Below, piece by piece: positions 1-8,659 of a stretch of 26,969 nucleotides of DNA; positions within the stretch are counted from its first letter, which is position 1, and each line of letters opens with the position of its first letter. The notes beneath the pieces are model-generated. The model ran no database searches. It was not told the DNA's origin and worked only from the letters and a program-made list of their open reading frames with translations. A program made the position numbers and the translations under genes. Origin of the DNA: a virus (Duplodnaviria > Caudoviricetes); IMG/VR virus record IMGVR_UViG_3300020464_000022, positions 1-26,969 of that record. One strand, given 5' to 3'.

Positions 1-575
1 TCAAATTGCTGGTCTGCACTGTTGCAAAGCGGAATTGCGTTTTTAATCCCACCAGCTACAGACGGACCTCCTGGCTCTGCAAAATCCTGTGGTTGCCATT
101 GTCTTGGACCGAGCGGTACCTTTGCAGGTCCTATAAAAAGTGGCTGGCCACCAGGGGCAGATTGCAAACTGGAGTAACCAACATATGCCCCAAACTCACC
201 AGGCCTGCTAACCTGAATCGGTCGCACTTCTATTGTTGGACCCTCTAAACGCCAGTCAGTAGTGGGCTGACCCTGCTCCTCCATCTTTTCAGGCTCTAAA
301 GCCTCATATTTTACTTGCACATGCCAAAGGAATTTGTCTATGCGTTTAACATCATATTTGGCTGCAACTGCGATGCCATCGTAATCTGTGCCGAATTCAT
401 ATTCTGTGCCTTTTTCTGGAATTCGGTCTGTGCCATCATTTGCGGCAGCTATATCCTGAACACCGTGGTCCTCTGAATCTGTTTCAACTAAAAAGGCAAC
501 AGCATAGTTAGCCTTTCCGGCCTTGTTAAGCGTACCGCTCCAATCCTCTGTGCGTCTAACTTTTGTAATAGCCAT
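1..575 (-). CDS. Tail-region protein following tape measure (3' end truncated by window edge)
   Basis: Not in the ORF track. ATG at 575 with AGGGA just upstream, 10 nt after the TMP stop; reads MAITKVRRTEDWSGTLNKAG... and stays open to base 1. Synteny suggests a distal tail/hub protein. Confidence 0.7.
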   Translation of the reverse strand, partial: MAITKVRRTEDWSGTLNKAGKANYAVAFLVETDSEDHGVQDIAAANDGTDRIPEKGTEYEFGTDYDGIAVAAKYDVKRIDKFLWHVQVKYEALEPEKMEEQGQPTTDWRLEGPTIEVRPIQVSRPGEFGAYVGYSSLQSAPGGQPLFIGPAKVPLGPRQWQPQDFAEPGGPSVAGGIKNAIPLCNSADQQF

Positions 576-584
576 TTAATCCCT

Positions 585-2120
585 CTATGGAACCAGATTA
601 ACAACTGGTAACGTGGCACCTGTGTTGTTCGCAATCTGTGATAGTAGTTGATTTGTTTGCTGCTGCAATCGCAACACGTGCTGTTGGTATTGCTGCTGGG
701 CTTGTCCTTCACGTTGAATAGACAATCTAGCAGAAACCTCCGCCATAGTACCAAGACCGACAGCCTCCACGGACTTAAGTGTGTTTTGAATCTTCTCTGC
801 AATATTAGAGGCTTTAATAAGCTGTTGTATAGCCTGAGCCAATCCCTGATTGAATGTATCAACGTCAATGAATGTCGAGCCTGTTAAATCGTCAATCGTT
901 GTTGCAAGCTCTACAAGCCCTGTAACAGCTTCTTCAAAGATCTGAATTGGTGTTCTAAATTGTTTTTTAAGAGCTTCTGCCTTTGTGCGTAACTCCTGCA
1001 TTCGCTGTGCATGTACAGCGGCAGCCTCTGCTGCATTTAGCTGAGCAGTCATTTCCTGTTCTAGCTGTGCGGTTAAGGCTTGTGAGGATGATTCTGCCTG
1101 GTCCATAGCCAAACCAACAGAAACAAATAAACCTGTAAAACCAACCAAAGCGGTTAAAAACGGATTAGCCACCGCCAGCAGAGCAATCTTGGCTGCGAGT
1201 TGTGAAGCGAGCAACGCATTTACCGTCTTTAATACGACCGACAACATCTTAAAAGCAGCTACTAAAGAAATCACCACAGCAGTCAGAGTACCGATATTCA
1301 CAATTAGATGCCTGATGAAAGGCTCTGTGCTATTAAAGGCTGCAATGATTTCCGTCATTATCAAAATTAGCGGAGTCAACGCCATTGAAAGTGTTGCAGC
1401 AATCGCCAGCTTGAAGCCATCCCACGCTGTAGCTAATTCGTGTGTTTGATCCTGCCAATCCTCCATCGCCTGCAACATGTTTTCCGAAACAGGACCGTGA
1501 AGATACTGGAATCTGTCAATAAGCTCTTGTATTGCATCAGTACCCTGTGCAGCAAGATTCGTTAAACTAATCCCCACCTCATCACCAAACAGCGTCACAA
1601 TTAACGCTGTTCTGACGCTAGCATCTTGAAGTTTATTCAGGGCGTCAAAGATCATTAGCAGCTGCGTGTCTGGACTTTGTGCAGCTAAGTTATTAATATC
1701 CAGGCCGAGCTGTTTAAATATATTTGCTTGCATTCCAGTAGGGGACATAATCGCATCAAATACAGCTTTTTGTATCTTTGCCAGAATCTCCGGCACTTTC
1801 TGTGCATCCACGCCAAACTGTTGCATCGAAAACTGCAAGCCCATGAATTGGCTTGTGAGCATGTCAAAACCTCTGGCGGTTTTAACAATCTTATCCATTT
1901 TGGCTGAGAGCTGATCCAGGAATGAGATCATTTTTTTGAAGCCAACAAAAGACGCAACAGCTTTGATTGCGCTTTTGCCCATTTCTTTTAGATCATCATT
2001 TACCTTTTTAGATTTATCGCTGAAACCCTTCAGATTACCGCCGCTTTTCTTCATCTTCTGGTCGAACGGCTTTGTGCGAGCCGTCAAAGTAGCAACCATA
2101 GATCCGAGATTTGCAGCCAT
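585..2120 (-). CDS. Tail tape measure protein
   Basis: 511 aa, Ala/Gln/Leu-rich and helical, typical N-terminus (LGSMVATLTART..FDQKM), hydrophobic central segments, directly after the chaperone pair. Confidence 0.9.
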   Translation of the reverse strand: MAANLGSMVATLTARTKPFDQKMKKSGGNLKGFSDKSKKVNDDLKEMGKSAIKAVASFVGFKKMISFLDQLSAKMDKIVKTARGFDMLTSQFMGLQFSMQQFGVDAQKVPEILAKIQKAVFDAIMSPTGMQANIFKQLGLDINNLAAQSPDTQLLMIFDALNKLQDASVRTALIVTLFGDEVGISLTNLAAQGTDAIQELIDRFQYLHGPVSENMLQAMEDWQDQTHELATAWDGFKLAIAATLSMALTPLILIMTEIIAAFNSTEPFIRHLIVNIGTLTAVVISLVAAFKMLSVVLKTVNALLASQLAAKIALLAVANPFLTALVGFTGLFVSVGLAMDQAESSSQALTAQLEQEMTAQLNAAEAAAVHAQRMQELRTKAEALKKQFRTPIQIFEEAVTGLVELATTIDDLTGSTFIDVDTFNQGLAQAIQQLIKASNIAEKIQNTLKSVEAVGLGTMAEVSARLSIQREGQAQQQYQQHVLRLQQQTNQLLSQIANNTGATLPVVNLVP

Positions 2121-2123
2121 GTA

Positions 2124-2462
2124 TTAACCGTATACCGCAGCAAGCATTGCCTGCTGCTCCTCAATCGTTAATTCACCAGTTCGAGCCGTTTTACCTTTCT
2201 CATCCACGCCAAATTCATACTTTGGCACATAGTAATCAAAATCAACCATCTCACTTTTTTTAGTAGCAAGCAGGTTTGAAATGACAGAGCAAATGTAGCT
2301 GGTTTGCAACCACTCATCTCCCCAAGCCTCGAACTTGTGAAAATAGACAAACCACTCATCAAACACGTCCGCAGGAATCACCTCAGCAAGTCCATCCACG
2401 TCCCAGGTTCCACACATCCGAGCTAATCGGAATAAGAACCTTCTTCGTGGATGCTGTCGGAG
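2124..2462 (-). CDS. Tail assembly chaperone GT C-terminal part (reached by -1 frameshift)
   Basis: The -1 frame is open from the slippery site at 2462-2468: LRQHPRRRFLFRLARMCGTWDVDGLAEVIPADVFDEWFVYF..., resembling gpT/GT extensions; continuous with track ORF 2124..2417. Confidence 0.85.
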   Translation of the reverse strand, partial: LRQHPRRRFLFRLARMCGTWDVDGLAEVIPADVFDEWFVYFHKFEAWGDEWLQTSYICSVISNLLATKKSEMVDFDYYVPKYEFGVDEKGKTARTGELTIEEQQAMLAAVYG

Positions 2463-2812
2463 TTTTTTTCCAGGTCATCCATGTCTGAATCCGTGAAGCC
2501 GGTATGCTCCATTGCTGCCGCTGCGAGTTTCTGGCTCACTTTGCCATCAAGCTCGCTAAGCTGTCTGAGATCTGCATCAGTCAAAAGACGTTCACCATCA
2601 GAATCAACCAAAGTGGCAACCAACAGCCGCCGCCTTGCATCATCTTTGATTTTGCCCTTTGCAGTCAGTATAGACTTTTCAAAGCGGGACTTTTCAGCCT
2701 CTGTGAGGCTTTGAAGCCTAAAAGTGACATCACCGCATTTGATTTCCGCATATCTCCGCTTAGTCATTCCAAGCAGAGCATCACGGCCAGCAATTTCAAT
2801 CGTCGTCGCCAT
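2423..2812 (-). CDS. Tail assembly chaperone (gpG-like)
   Basis: 129 aa with LLVATLVDSDGERLLT..D..LSELDG pattern; ends ...DDLEKNS over a slippery site; lies upstream of TMP. Confidence 0.85.
   Translation of the reverse strand: MATTIEIAGRDALLGMTKRRYAEIKCGDVTFRLQSLTEAEKSRFEKSILTAKGKIKDDARRRLLVATLVDSDGERLLTDADLRQLSELDGKVSQKLAAAAMEHTGFTDSDMDDLEKNSDSIHEEGSYSD
2462..2468 (-). other. Programmed -1 ribosomal frameshift site A AAA AAC
   Basis: Minus strand GAA AAA AAC is in frame with gpG and fits X XXY YYZ; the -1 frame joins the downstream ORF with no stop. Confidence 0.85.
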
Positions 2813-3098
2813 AATTCACCTCGTCATCTTCCACCACAGCTGGCGGCTGTGTTGGCTTTTTTGCACCTTTTCCAGTAAACTTCTCAGCCTTCTCTCGGAT
2901 TTCCTCAAGAATCTGTTCAGGATACCTCCTGACCATAGAAATAGAATTGTTACGGCTGAGATCCAGGTAACCGGCATGAATGCCGTTCACTCGAATCATC
3001 TTAACATCAGTAATGATTTCGACCAGCTCAAATGAACCGTCAGCCTTTTCTATTTTCTTTCGGGCAGGGTGCGCCTCGATTTTAATTTTAGCCATCAT
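2796..3098 (-). CDS. Hypothetical protein between tail tube and chaperone
   Basis: 100 aa ORF coupled to the tail tube stop (TAATG) and overlapping the chaperone start. Confidence 0.7.
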   Translation of the reverse strand: MMAKIKIEAHPARKKIEKADGSFELVEIITDVKMIRVNGIHAGYLDLSRNNSISMVRRYPEQILEEIREKAEKFTGKGAKKPTQPPAVVEDDEVNYGDDD

Positions 3099-3505
3099 TA
3101 ACTTCCTGCGGTAAATGTAGGTTCAGTTACGCCGTCCCATTTAACATTCATGCGGCTCATCATTACGCCATCAGCTGTAAGCTCTGGTGATGACCAGGAG
3201 CTTACAAAAGCTGTGCCTGCAAGTGTGGCCGCTGTGGATTGGCCGCTTTTTAGTGGGAATGTGACTGTTACAGTGCCAGCCGCATCTGCAATTGGTGGCT
3301 GTGAGTCCGAGTCATAATAAAACTCAGCCTCAAAGTCACCAGGCTCTTGAAGTGAGCCAGCAATATATTCTTTAAAGTTAGTTGAATTTACTGCTGTGAC
3401 ATCGTGAGCCTCACGTGTGAACGTTGTGCCACCGATGCTGCTGTAGGTCGCAGTGAATGAACCAATTGTTAAGGTGGCAGAATTACCTGTTTGAGCCATT
3501 GTCAA
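3098..3505 (-). CDS. Major tail (tube) protein
   Basis: Thr/Ser/Ala-rich beta protein with DVT...KEYIAG.L.EPG pattern; follows the tail terminator. Start probably ATG 3499. Confidence 0.85.
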   Translation of the reverse strand: MTMAQTGNSATLTIGSFTATYSSIGGTTFTREAHDVTAVNSTNFKEYIAGSLQEPGDFEAEFYYDSDSQPPIADAAGTVTVTFPLKSGQSTAATLAGTAFVSSWSSPELTADGVMMSRMNVKWDGVTEPTFTAGS

Positions 3506-3509
3506 TTCC

Positions 3510-3926
3510 TTATGAAGTCGCTTCAGTTAATATAATTTTGAAAGTTAGATTTGTTACAAATGTAGCCTTGTCGCTGGAGTCAATTGGGTCCAGAAATTGA
3601 TGATCCATCGAATCTAAAAGGCACACGTCAACAGACTCATCACCAAAAGTGCCGCTTTCCCCATCCAGTGCAAGCCTTACTTTATCTCCGAGGTCCTCGG
3701 AATCAATATGTGTTTCTGCGAAACAACCAACTAACACACGAACCTCTGAAAGCCCAACCGGCCCAGTTAATCCTTGAATGTGATCGCTTGTAACTTGCAC
3801 ATATGCGATTGCTGGCAACGTTTCCTTCTGGCTTAGCTTATCTGGTCGAATTCGAGTGCCAACAATATCAGTTACATTTGAAACAGTAAGCAGCTTGGAT
3901 CGAATTGCAGGACCGGCTTTAGCCAT
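3510..3926 (-). CDS. Tail terminator/completion protein (DUF3168-like)
   Basis: 138 aa, VGTRIRP...LPAIAY..V..., VRLALDG motifs; synteny. Confidence 0.85.
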   Translation of the reverse strand: MAKAGPAIRSKLLTVSNVTDIVGTRIRPDKLSQKETLPAIAYVQVTSDHIQGLTGPVGLSEVRVLVGCFAETHIDSEDLGDKVRLALDGESGTFGDESVDVCLLDSMDHQFLDPIDSSDKATFVTNLTFKIILTEATS

Positions 3927-4470
3927 TCTTCTTCTTCTGCTCCTTCTTATAAGCCTTTACAACTTCAGCTTCAAACCTTTCACGCGCCTTAGATTTTATC
4001 TTTGAACTTGCCGGAGCTGCGCCTTCTTTTTGCCCCTCACTGAAGTAGTTTGTTCCTGCAACCCAATAGCCACTTGGCTCACTAGACCAGGCATATAATT
4101 CATGCCCTTCCTCAACTAGGTGCGCGTGAGGAGCTATGCTGTAATCATGGCCAACACTTGCTCCAATAATGCCTTTTGATGCCAGCTGGGAAGAATTACG
4201 CCATTTGCTTGAAGGTTTGGTAACAAGGCTTTGTTTAAGAGGACTTTTTTTATTTGCACCTGCTCTCCGGGCTTTTGTACTTTTCGACCATAAATCCCTT
4301 GTTCCTGTTTTTCTGGATTCTGGTGTTTTCTTGCGAATACTCTTTTTTATTTCAGTTGCACCTGCTGAAATTGATGAACGCATTACACGCCGCTGAACAC
4401 TATCCGAAATTGCCTCAAAACCATTAACAACTTGCTTAAAATCTGGAACCTGTAATTTGACTTGTGGCAT
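3919..4470 (-). CDS. HK97 gp10-like neck/tail completion protein
   Basis: Basic protein with AP(H)AHLVEEGH motif; start at 4470 couples to the previous stop (TGATG). Confidence 0.8.
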   Translation of the reverse strand: MPQVKLQVPDFKQVVNGFEAISDSVQRRVMRSSISAGATEIKKSIRKKTPESRKTGTRDLWSKSTKARRAGANKKSPLKQSLVTKPSSKWRNSSQLASKGIIGASVGHDYSIAPHAHLVEEGHELYAWSSEPSGYWVAGTNYFSEGQKEGAAPASSKIKSKARERFEAEVVKAYKKEQKKKNG

Positions 4471-4814
4471 CAGGCATCCTCCTTGCACATCAACCACAGC
4501 TCCTGGTGCTTATCATCTTTGTTAAGTACGCTATGTATGTTAAGGGTCCGCGTAGCCAGATCATCCGTAAACTGCACACGCATCTCTGGCTTTGGCAGGT
4601 TGCCACTCGTTCTCGGTTTGCGAACAATCACCACAGCGTCAACTGTTGCATCAATTCCAACACCGCGCATAGTCTCACTGCCGCCTGTATCCATGACCGA
4701 ACCGGCCACGGTTATCAGATCCGTCCAGGAGTCTGAGATCTGACCGGCAGCATCTGCTGTTGTGCCACGCTGCTGAATCGTCACCCTCTGCCTTAGCTGA
4801 CCGGCTCGTAGCAT
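4470..4814 (-). CDS. Head closure / head-tail adaptor (SPP1 gp16-like)
   Basis: MLRAGQLRQRVTIQQ...DAAGQ...W and ...ELWLMCKE, typical of this family. Confidence 0.9.
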   Translation of the reverse strand: MLRAGQLRQRVTIQQRGTTADAAGQISDSWTDLITVAGSVMDTGGSETMRGVGIDATVDAVVIVRKPRTSGNLPKPEMRVQFTDDLATRTLNIHSVLNKDDKHQELWLMCKEDA

Positions 4815-5398
4815 GTGAATGCGTCTCCGATTTTGAACTGATTGGCAAGTGATTCAACTGCCATTGGCACTTCTGTGAAGCTGCCATTGCTGACCGCTTC
4901 GCGATTTGCAAACCAATGGCCGACTGTGAGCAGAATTGCCTGCTTAATTCCGTCAGGCACATCAGATGCTGACGCATAACCTGCAACAAATCTAACAGCC
5001 ACTGTTTCAGCTTGAAGTCTGGCAGCAGGCCAAACCTTGTCATAAACAGGCTCAATAAATCCTGGCTCTTGGTCTGTCACAACCGAATAATCGGATGATG
5101 AAAAGGTTTGGGAATCACCATTTGTGTCTGTGTAAGTCACACTAGTCACACTGGTTAGCTGGCCCTTTGGTATGAATAGCCGCCTTCTACCAGATGGGAA
5201 TCTATCAACCTTCAAATCATAAGTGGCTAACATAATTTGCCGGTTTGTCATATTTTCAACATGACCAGTAGCTGCTGAAATTAGACTACCAACGAACGTA
5301 TCATAGTAATCATCATCAATCGCCAAATGCGTTTTTGCTTCAGCGGTTGTCACTGGATCTGATGTAGCTGCTGTGTTGATGGATAAGCCGTAGCTCAT
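4793..5398 (-). CDS. Head-tail connector (gp6/gp15-like, long form)
   Basis: PVTTAEAKTHLAID, LISAA..HVE, VPDGIKQAILLTVGHWFANRE motifs. Confidence 0.9.
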   Translation of the reverse strand: MSYGLSINTAATSDPVTTAEAKTHLAIDDDYYDTFVGSLISAATGHVENMTNRQIMLATYDLKVDRFPSGRRRLFIPKGQLTSVTSVTYTDTNGDSQTFSSSDYSVVTDQEPGFIEPVYDKVWPAARLQAETVAVRFVAGYASASDVPDGIKQAILLTVGHWFANREAVSNGSFTEVPMAVESLANQFKIGDAFTCYEPVS

Positions 5399-5586
5399 TC
5401 TTCAGCCTTTTTGTTTTTCTTGGGTTTTACAGCCTTGGCTGGCTGGCTCCGCTTGGGAGCCAGCACAGCTTCAGCCATATGTCGATCAATCAAGCGTTCT
5501 GCCACTTCAGCAGTCACCTCGATAATATCTCCAGCCGAGTAACTAGCTCGGTCTGAAACCATTGAAGTAAGCAGTTTAACTTTCAT
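5395..5586 (-). CDS. Small conserved-type phage protein after capsid
   Basis: 63 aa, MKVKLL...GDIIEV..EVAERLI...AE with Lys-rich tail, a common type immediately downstream of capsid genes. Confidence 0.75.
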   Translation of the reverse strand: MKVKLLTSMVSDRASYSAGDIIEVTAEVAERLIDRHMAEAVLAPKRSQPAKAVKPKKNKKAEE

Positions 5587-5590
5587 AGGT

Positions 5591-6919
5591 CTATGCCTGT
5601 GTTAATTTCTTGATTGGATCTGTTCCGGCATCCAGCACTAGGCCATCATGACGGGAAAATGCTACGAATCCGGTCTGGTCATTGTCTCTGTATCGTTCTT
5701 CTAACCTATAGAGACGAATGGAACCAGCATCACGGATGATGTATTTGGACATGTCGCCAAATACAATCGTGACTTCGCCGGTAGCAATGCTGCTTGCCAT
5801 GTCCTGGTTGACTACCACTGGGAAGCCAAGCAGACGATCTGGCTCAGAAGCACTCAGGCCTGGTTGCCAGAGGTACTGGCCATCAGAATCTTTGAGCTTA
5901 CGAATAGCCAAAATTACATTGTCGTGCATCATAAAGCCAACACTAGGACCATTTCGGTAACTAGGATCGACACTATGAACAAGATCAATGATCTCATCAG
6001 CAGTGATTGCTGTTGCAGATGCAGCTGTAACGCCAGCACCAGCACCAGTCACGATACCTTGAGGCTTGCTGGAAGCATCGCCAGTGGTGAAGTGTTCAGC
6101 CGTAATACGACCGATCCGCTCACCAAGCATCGCGCCAACTTCGTTTGCTAGGTTGAAGGCACTGTCAGCCATCAACTCAGCAGAAACAAGAACACTGTCA
6201 GAGCTATATTTGTAAGCTCCAAGCGTTTTGCTTCCAAACGTTACAGCAGTTTCAGTGATTGCAGCGTTTTCAGCAAGCAATCGGCCTTTGTTGCCGGTGT
6301 CGTTTACAGTTGGCCAAGGAATGTTGTTGCCGGAAGCTGTACGCAAAATACGAGCAACTCGGCGAGGACCGCCAAAGGCAAGCATTGATTTTTCAAGCTC
6401 GTTTGAGAAGCCCTCTGGGACTAGATAGCCACCAGCAGAGTCTGTTCCAACACTTTGCGCTCGCGACTCAAGAACACCACCAAACCCTGCTTCACAGTAG
6501 GCAGGAGCCTGACCGGAAAGCCGGATCTCGTAGGAGCTTTGGCTTGGATCTACGCCACAACGTTGAGCAGCTTCTCGGTGTCGCTCGGTAATGTCGATAC
6601 CGTTCTGGTGCCTTGCCCATGCCTGAAAAGCAAGCTGGCGAGTTTCTTCATTGATTGGAGAAGCTGCTTGGCTTGTTACTTCACGCTTTGCCTTGTAGCT
6701 TTCAACGTCACGAGCTGCACTGATTTCACTCAGTCTAGCTGCAACGTCAATCTTTTCCTGCTCGGCAGTGATTTCATTAGCAATTGCATCATATCGTTCG
6801 TTGACCTGCTCCCAGGTTTCACGATCTTCAGCAGACCATTCAGATTGGCCATCAGCCAATTCTTTGAGTTGTGCAGCTAACTTGCCGCGCTCCTCTTGGA
6901 GTTGTTTAACATTGTCCAC
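5591..6919 (-). CDS. Major capsid protein, HK97 fold with N-terminal delta (scaffold) domain
   Basis: GGYLVPE, VSAELMADS, LKDSDGQYLWQP, LLGFPVV, FGDMSKY motifs; coiled-coil N-terminus. Start re-called to GTG 6919 (AGGAG 7 nt upstream) instead of 7006. Confidence 0.95.
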   Translation of the reverse strand: MDNVKQLQEERGKLAAQLKELADGQSEWSAEDRETWEQVNERYDAIANEITAEQEKIDVAARLSEISAARDVESYKAKREVTSQAASPINEETRQLAFQAWARHQNGIDITERHREAAQRCGVDPSQSSYEIRLSGQAPAYCEAGFGGVLESRAQSVGTDSAGGYLVPEGFSNELEKSMLAFGGPRRVARILRTASGNNIPWPTVNDTGNKGRLLAENAAITETAVTFGSKTLGAYKYSSDSVLVSAELMADSAFNLANEVGAMLGERIGRITAEHFTTGDASSKPQGIVTGAGAGVTAASATAITADEIIDLVHSVDPSYRNGPSVGFMMHDNVILAIRKLKDSDGQYLWQPGLSASEPDRLLGFPVVVNQDMASSIATGEVTIVFGDMSKYIIRDAGSIRLYRLEERYRDNDQTGFVAFSRHDGLVLDAGTDPIKKLTQA

Positions 6920-7088
6920 GGTTGGACTCCTATAGTTTGAGTCCACCACTTGGCAGCGCATAACAAAAGCGAGCTTCATGGTGGTGATATACAAATCACG
7001 CTCCACGCTTACTCACTTCTTAGCTTTCAACCTGAATTTATAGATGCTGCCTACTTGCCGGATTGCGTTCAGCCGTTCATCTACTTAA

Positions 7089-7117
7089 ATGGTACGCAAC
7101 TATTGATAATTATCAAT
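7089..7117 (-). promoter_or_regulatory. Candidate capsid promoter overlapped by a 16 bp perfect palindrome
   Basis: Minus strand TTGATA-N16-TACCAT; ATTGATAATTATCAAT at 7102-7117 covers the -35. Confidence 0.55.
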
Positions 7118-7119
7118 GG

Positions 7120-7719
7120 TTATCTTTGTTCAAACACATTGCGACCGACCGGCCTTGCGACCGGCAGTGTAATCGGATGTGCAATGGCTTTATTGAATGT
7201 TCCATCGTCTCCACCGCCCACAGCGGCTCCGGCCTCAAGATAGGCCTGAGATATGTAGATATACGACCCAGTGCCTTCGTTGTCGTTGTTGCGGAATCTT
7301 ACTTCTAAATCAGACCAATCGGTTATGTTGCCAGCTTCGGTCGAGGTAAGCGTAAAGTCGTCAATTGTTGTGAATGACGACCCACCCCAAGCACTCGCGC
7401 TGCTGTAATTTTTGGACGCAATCGAACTACTGCCCTCGTAAAGCGTCACACTGCCAGTAATATTAGTAAACCAAGCCTGATACGCTTTGCTGCGAAACAC
7501 AATTTTAACGGTCGAGAGATCCGCTGGCTCTGTAATATCGCTCAGGCTAAAGCGCACACTTGACGTACTTTCGCTCCATGACGAATTAAACTTTATGTAG
7601 TCGGTGTCGTCAGCGGTATCTTCGTCGATGAAGCTATACAAATCCGTTGTTCCTGATGAACTAGTAGTCCATTCAGAATTGCGGCTTACGTCCCCGTCTG
7701 GTCGTGCGTATTGGGTCAT
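7120..7719 (-). CDS. Ser/Thr/Asp-rich beta protein, putative head fibre/decoration protein
   Basis: 199 aa, aromatic and Ser/Thr-rich, then a Gly linker and a basic Pro-rich C-terminal peptide; located in the head module. Function is inferred. Confidence 0.55.
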   Translation of the reverse strand: MTQYARPDGDVSRNSEWTTSSSGTTDLYSFIDEDTADDTDYIKFNSSWSESTSSVRFSLSDITEPADLSTVKIVFRSKAYQAWFTNITGSVTLYEGSSSIASKNYSSASAWGGSSFTTIDDFTLTSTEAGNITDWSDLEVRFRNNDNEGTGSYIYISQAYLEAGAAVGGGDDGTFNKAIAHPITLPVARPVGRNVFEQR

Positions 7720-8027
7720 GTTCTGCTGCTGCCCTCTGAGCCAATTGTGAGCCAGCCATTGATGCTGGTTGAGGCTCCTGCACTCGATACAGTCAACCGC
7801 ACCTTACATGGATTCAATTCAAACGATACACAACCGGCTGCTGTAAGGCTTGCATCACCACCGACCGCAACCCATGTTGTGCCATCATCTGGACTTACTT
7901 CTAGAGCAACTGTGCAGCTATCAAATGTGCCACTAACAAACATGTGGCCAAGACCACCCTCCCAAGTTTGGGCAGAGCTAGAGCCATCGGCAGTCTGTGA
8001 TGTGAATTCTTGTTCAAATGTAGACAA
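7716..8027 (-). CDS. Small beta-sandwich virion protein, putative head decoration/spike base
   Basis: 103 aa, VSGTFDSCTVALEVSPDDGTTW pattern of small phage structural beta-sandwich proteins; AGGA upstream; ATGA overlap with next gene. Confidence 0.6.
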   Translation of the reverse strand: MSTFEQEFTSQTADGSSSAQTWEGGLGHMFVSGTFDSCTVALEVSPDDGTTWVAVGGDASLTAAGCVSFELNPCKVRLTVSSAGASTSINGWLTIGSEGSSRT

Positions 8028-8038
8028 TTTCTAATTCC

Positions 8039-8659
8039 TTAAATCAAACCTAAATCAATTAGCCTGGCTCGCACCTGCACAGCCTCTAGTTCATGGCCTT
8101 CACGCTCCAGAGTTGCAGCCAGTTCCTGCATTGCTTCTTCACTCCGCAGGCCAGTTGTAGTTGCTGTGTATGCAGGATATGTCACAGGACCTACGTCAAA
8201 CAGATCCAAATCGTTGAGCGTACGCACCCAGGTCTTTGATTCTTTTTGTCTTTCTAGCGTTGAACCATCAGTTCTGACAGTAAACGCAAAAGAGCTGCCG
8301 GTTATGTCTCCGCGCTCAATGCTTGTGACCACATCACGGCCAAGCTGTGTATCTGGTACATCAATTGTGTACCTCAGACCGATTTCATCCACTCCAAGCC
8401 GGACCGTTCCAGCAGCCACACGGCCAAGCACGAAATTCTTATCGTGATTAAACAAAGCCCGTGCATCATGGGATTCTTCCAGAGCTGAATCAAATGCACC
8501 AGGCTCAATCCGTTCAACGTAATCATCAGCAAGCCTGAATTCTGTGCCTGGTTCTTCGTCTTGATAAAACACGGCAGCGTATCCGGTAATTTGAGGTGAT
8601 CCATCATCGGATCTGCTCACGGTAATCTTGTGATTTTGTGTAAATCTCTGTTCCATCAA
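8039..8659 (-). CDS. Prohead maturation protease (HK97 gp4 / peptidase S78)
   Basis: ITGYAAVF, ERIEPGAF, ALFNHD, GSSFAF, LFDVGPVTYPAY motifs. Confidence 0.95.
   Translation of the reverse strand: MMEQRFTQNHKITVSRSDDGSPQITGYAAVFYQDEEPGTEFRLADDYVERIEPGAFDSALEESHDARALFNHDKNFVLGRVAAGTVRLGVDEIGLRYTIDVPDTQLGRDVVTSIERGDITGSSFAFTVRTDGSTLERQKESKTWVRTLNDLDLFDVGPVTYPAYTATTTGLRSEEAMQELAATLEREGHELEAVQVRARLIDLGLI

Noticed and set aside
6920-7006. N-terminal extension of capsid ORF
   Set aside because: The best SD precedes GTG 6919 and the upstream segment looks like a structured leader.
7102-7117. Fur box
   Set aside because: Lacks the 7-1-7 TGATAAT-N-ATTATCA spacing; fits TTGAT-N4-ATCAA better.
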